Positions 16,319 to 16,874 of a DNA stretch of 16,874 bases are shown piece after piece. The translations under genes and the position numbers were made by a program. Where the stretch lies: the NCBI GenBank assembly GCA_049967655.1, contig JBMFSH010000048.1, positions 1 through 16,874 of the forward strand, read 5' to 3'. The number at the start of each line of letters is the position of its first letter. The first letter of the stretch is position 1. This DNA comes from Acidobacteriota bacterium (GTDB lineage Bacteria > Acidobacteriota > UBA4820 > DSQY01). A model generated the notes under the pieces. It did not search any database. It saw only the letters and a program-made list of their open reading frames with translations, and was not told where the DNA came from.

Positions 16319-16588
16319 ATGAAACGAATTTTAGTGGCAACTTTGGCTGGTCTGATGACGATGGGTATGCTGGCCATGCAGGCTCCCGCTCTGGGGGCCG
16401 CTGCAAAGGCCCAGAAGCCTGCCGCCGCGGCTTCGAAAGCCCCGGCAAAGAAAGCGCAGCCCCACAAGAAGGCTGAAAAGAAGGCCATCATGAAGAAGGC
16501 CGAGCACAAGGCCATGGCCCACAAGAAGGTTGCGCCGAAGAAGAGCTCTTCCAAGCCCAACCCTGCCCCTTCCCATCCCACCAAGTAG
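16319..16588 (+). CDS. Small secreted Lys/Ala/His-rich low-complexity protein (89 aa), Asr-like in composition
   Basis: RBS AGGAGG 16306-16311 and ATG 16319. Signal peptide MKRILVATLAGLMTMGMLAMQAPALG. The mature region of about 63 aa has 18 Lys, 4 His, 2 Glu and no Asp, Cys or aromatic residues. It lies directly behind a consensus sigma-54 promoter. Confidence 0.85.
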   Translation: MKRILVATLAGLMTMGMLAMQAPALGAAAKAQKPAAAASKAPAKKAQPHKKAEKKAIMKKAEHKAMAHKKVAPKKSSSKPNPAPSHPTK

Positions 16589-16615
16589 CTTCCACTCAAC
16601 GGTTTCCCTCCCAAC

Positions 16616-16654
16616 GGCCCGTCCCCTCCCCCGGGGGCGGGCCAACCTTATTAT
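16616..16654 (+). terminator. Probable intrinsic terminator after the small basic protein gene
   Basis: 11-bp GC stem GGCCCGTCCCC/GGGGGCGGGCC (one G-U) with a 6-nt loop, followed by AACCTTATTAT (weak U tract). Confidence 0.45.
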
Positions 16655-16874
16655 GGGGACCGTGGGTCCCCCCCGGCAGAGGTCTGCGGCAGCCTCCCCT
16701 GCGGGCTGAGCACCAAAGGTTTCTCCGGGCGCCCAAAATTCCGCGATGGAAACGCGGGTGCCTCCGGCTACGGCTCGGGTTCACGGGAGAAAGGCTTTAT
16801 CTCCTGGACGGGGAGGGCCATTTCCTCCCCGCCCCACGGGCAAAGCCCGATGGGGCCCCACCTCTCCCTTGTGG

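Noticed and set aside
1..16874. Mobile elements, CRISPR arrays, tRNA (including tRNA-Sec) or rRNA genes
   Set aside because: No transposase or integrase motifs, no regularly spaced repeat-spacer pattern and no cloverleaf were seen by eye. The 19-bp-period triplet is too short and degenerate to be an array.

Overview
GC-rich bacterial chromosomal window, probably from an anaerobe or facultative anaerobe (inferred from Sec-SelD, a B12 mutase and sigma-54 regulation). The + strand carries the 3' end of a putative beta-propeller gene, a secreted TPR/PEGA protein, selD and a POT peptide transporter. selD has an in-frame UGA at its catalytic site (G-A-G-U-A-C-K, selenocysteine) that the ORF track misses. 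Next is a sigma-54/IHF promoter driving a four-gene signalling module: a membrane-anchored GcvH-like protein lacking the lipoyl-lysine, a histidine kinase with two c-type heme motifs, an NtrC-family activator and a translationally coupled archaemetzincin protease. The - strand carries a split B12-dependent acyl-CoA mutase with the isobutyryl-CoA mutase signature (icmA/icmB-like), a crotonase-fold protein lacking both catalytic glutamates, cvpA, rmuC, a NifB/NifX-family protein and a macrodomain protein. Diverging from icmA, a consensus sigma-54 promoter with paired enhancer sites drives a small secreted Lys/Ala/His-rich protein resembling Asr in composition. The best candidate for an undescribed system is the GcvH-like/heme kinase/sigma-54 activator/archaemetzincin module. 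I saw no mobile elements, CRISPR arrays, tRNA or rRNA genes.
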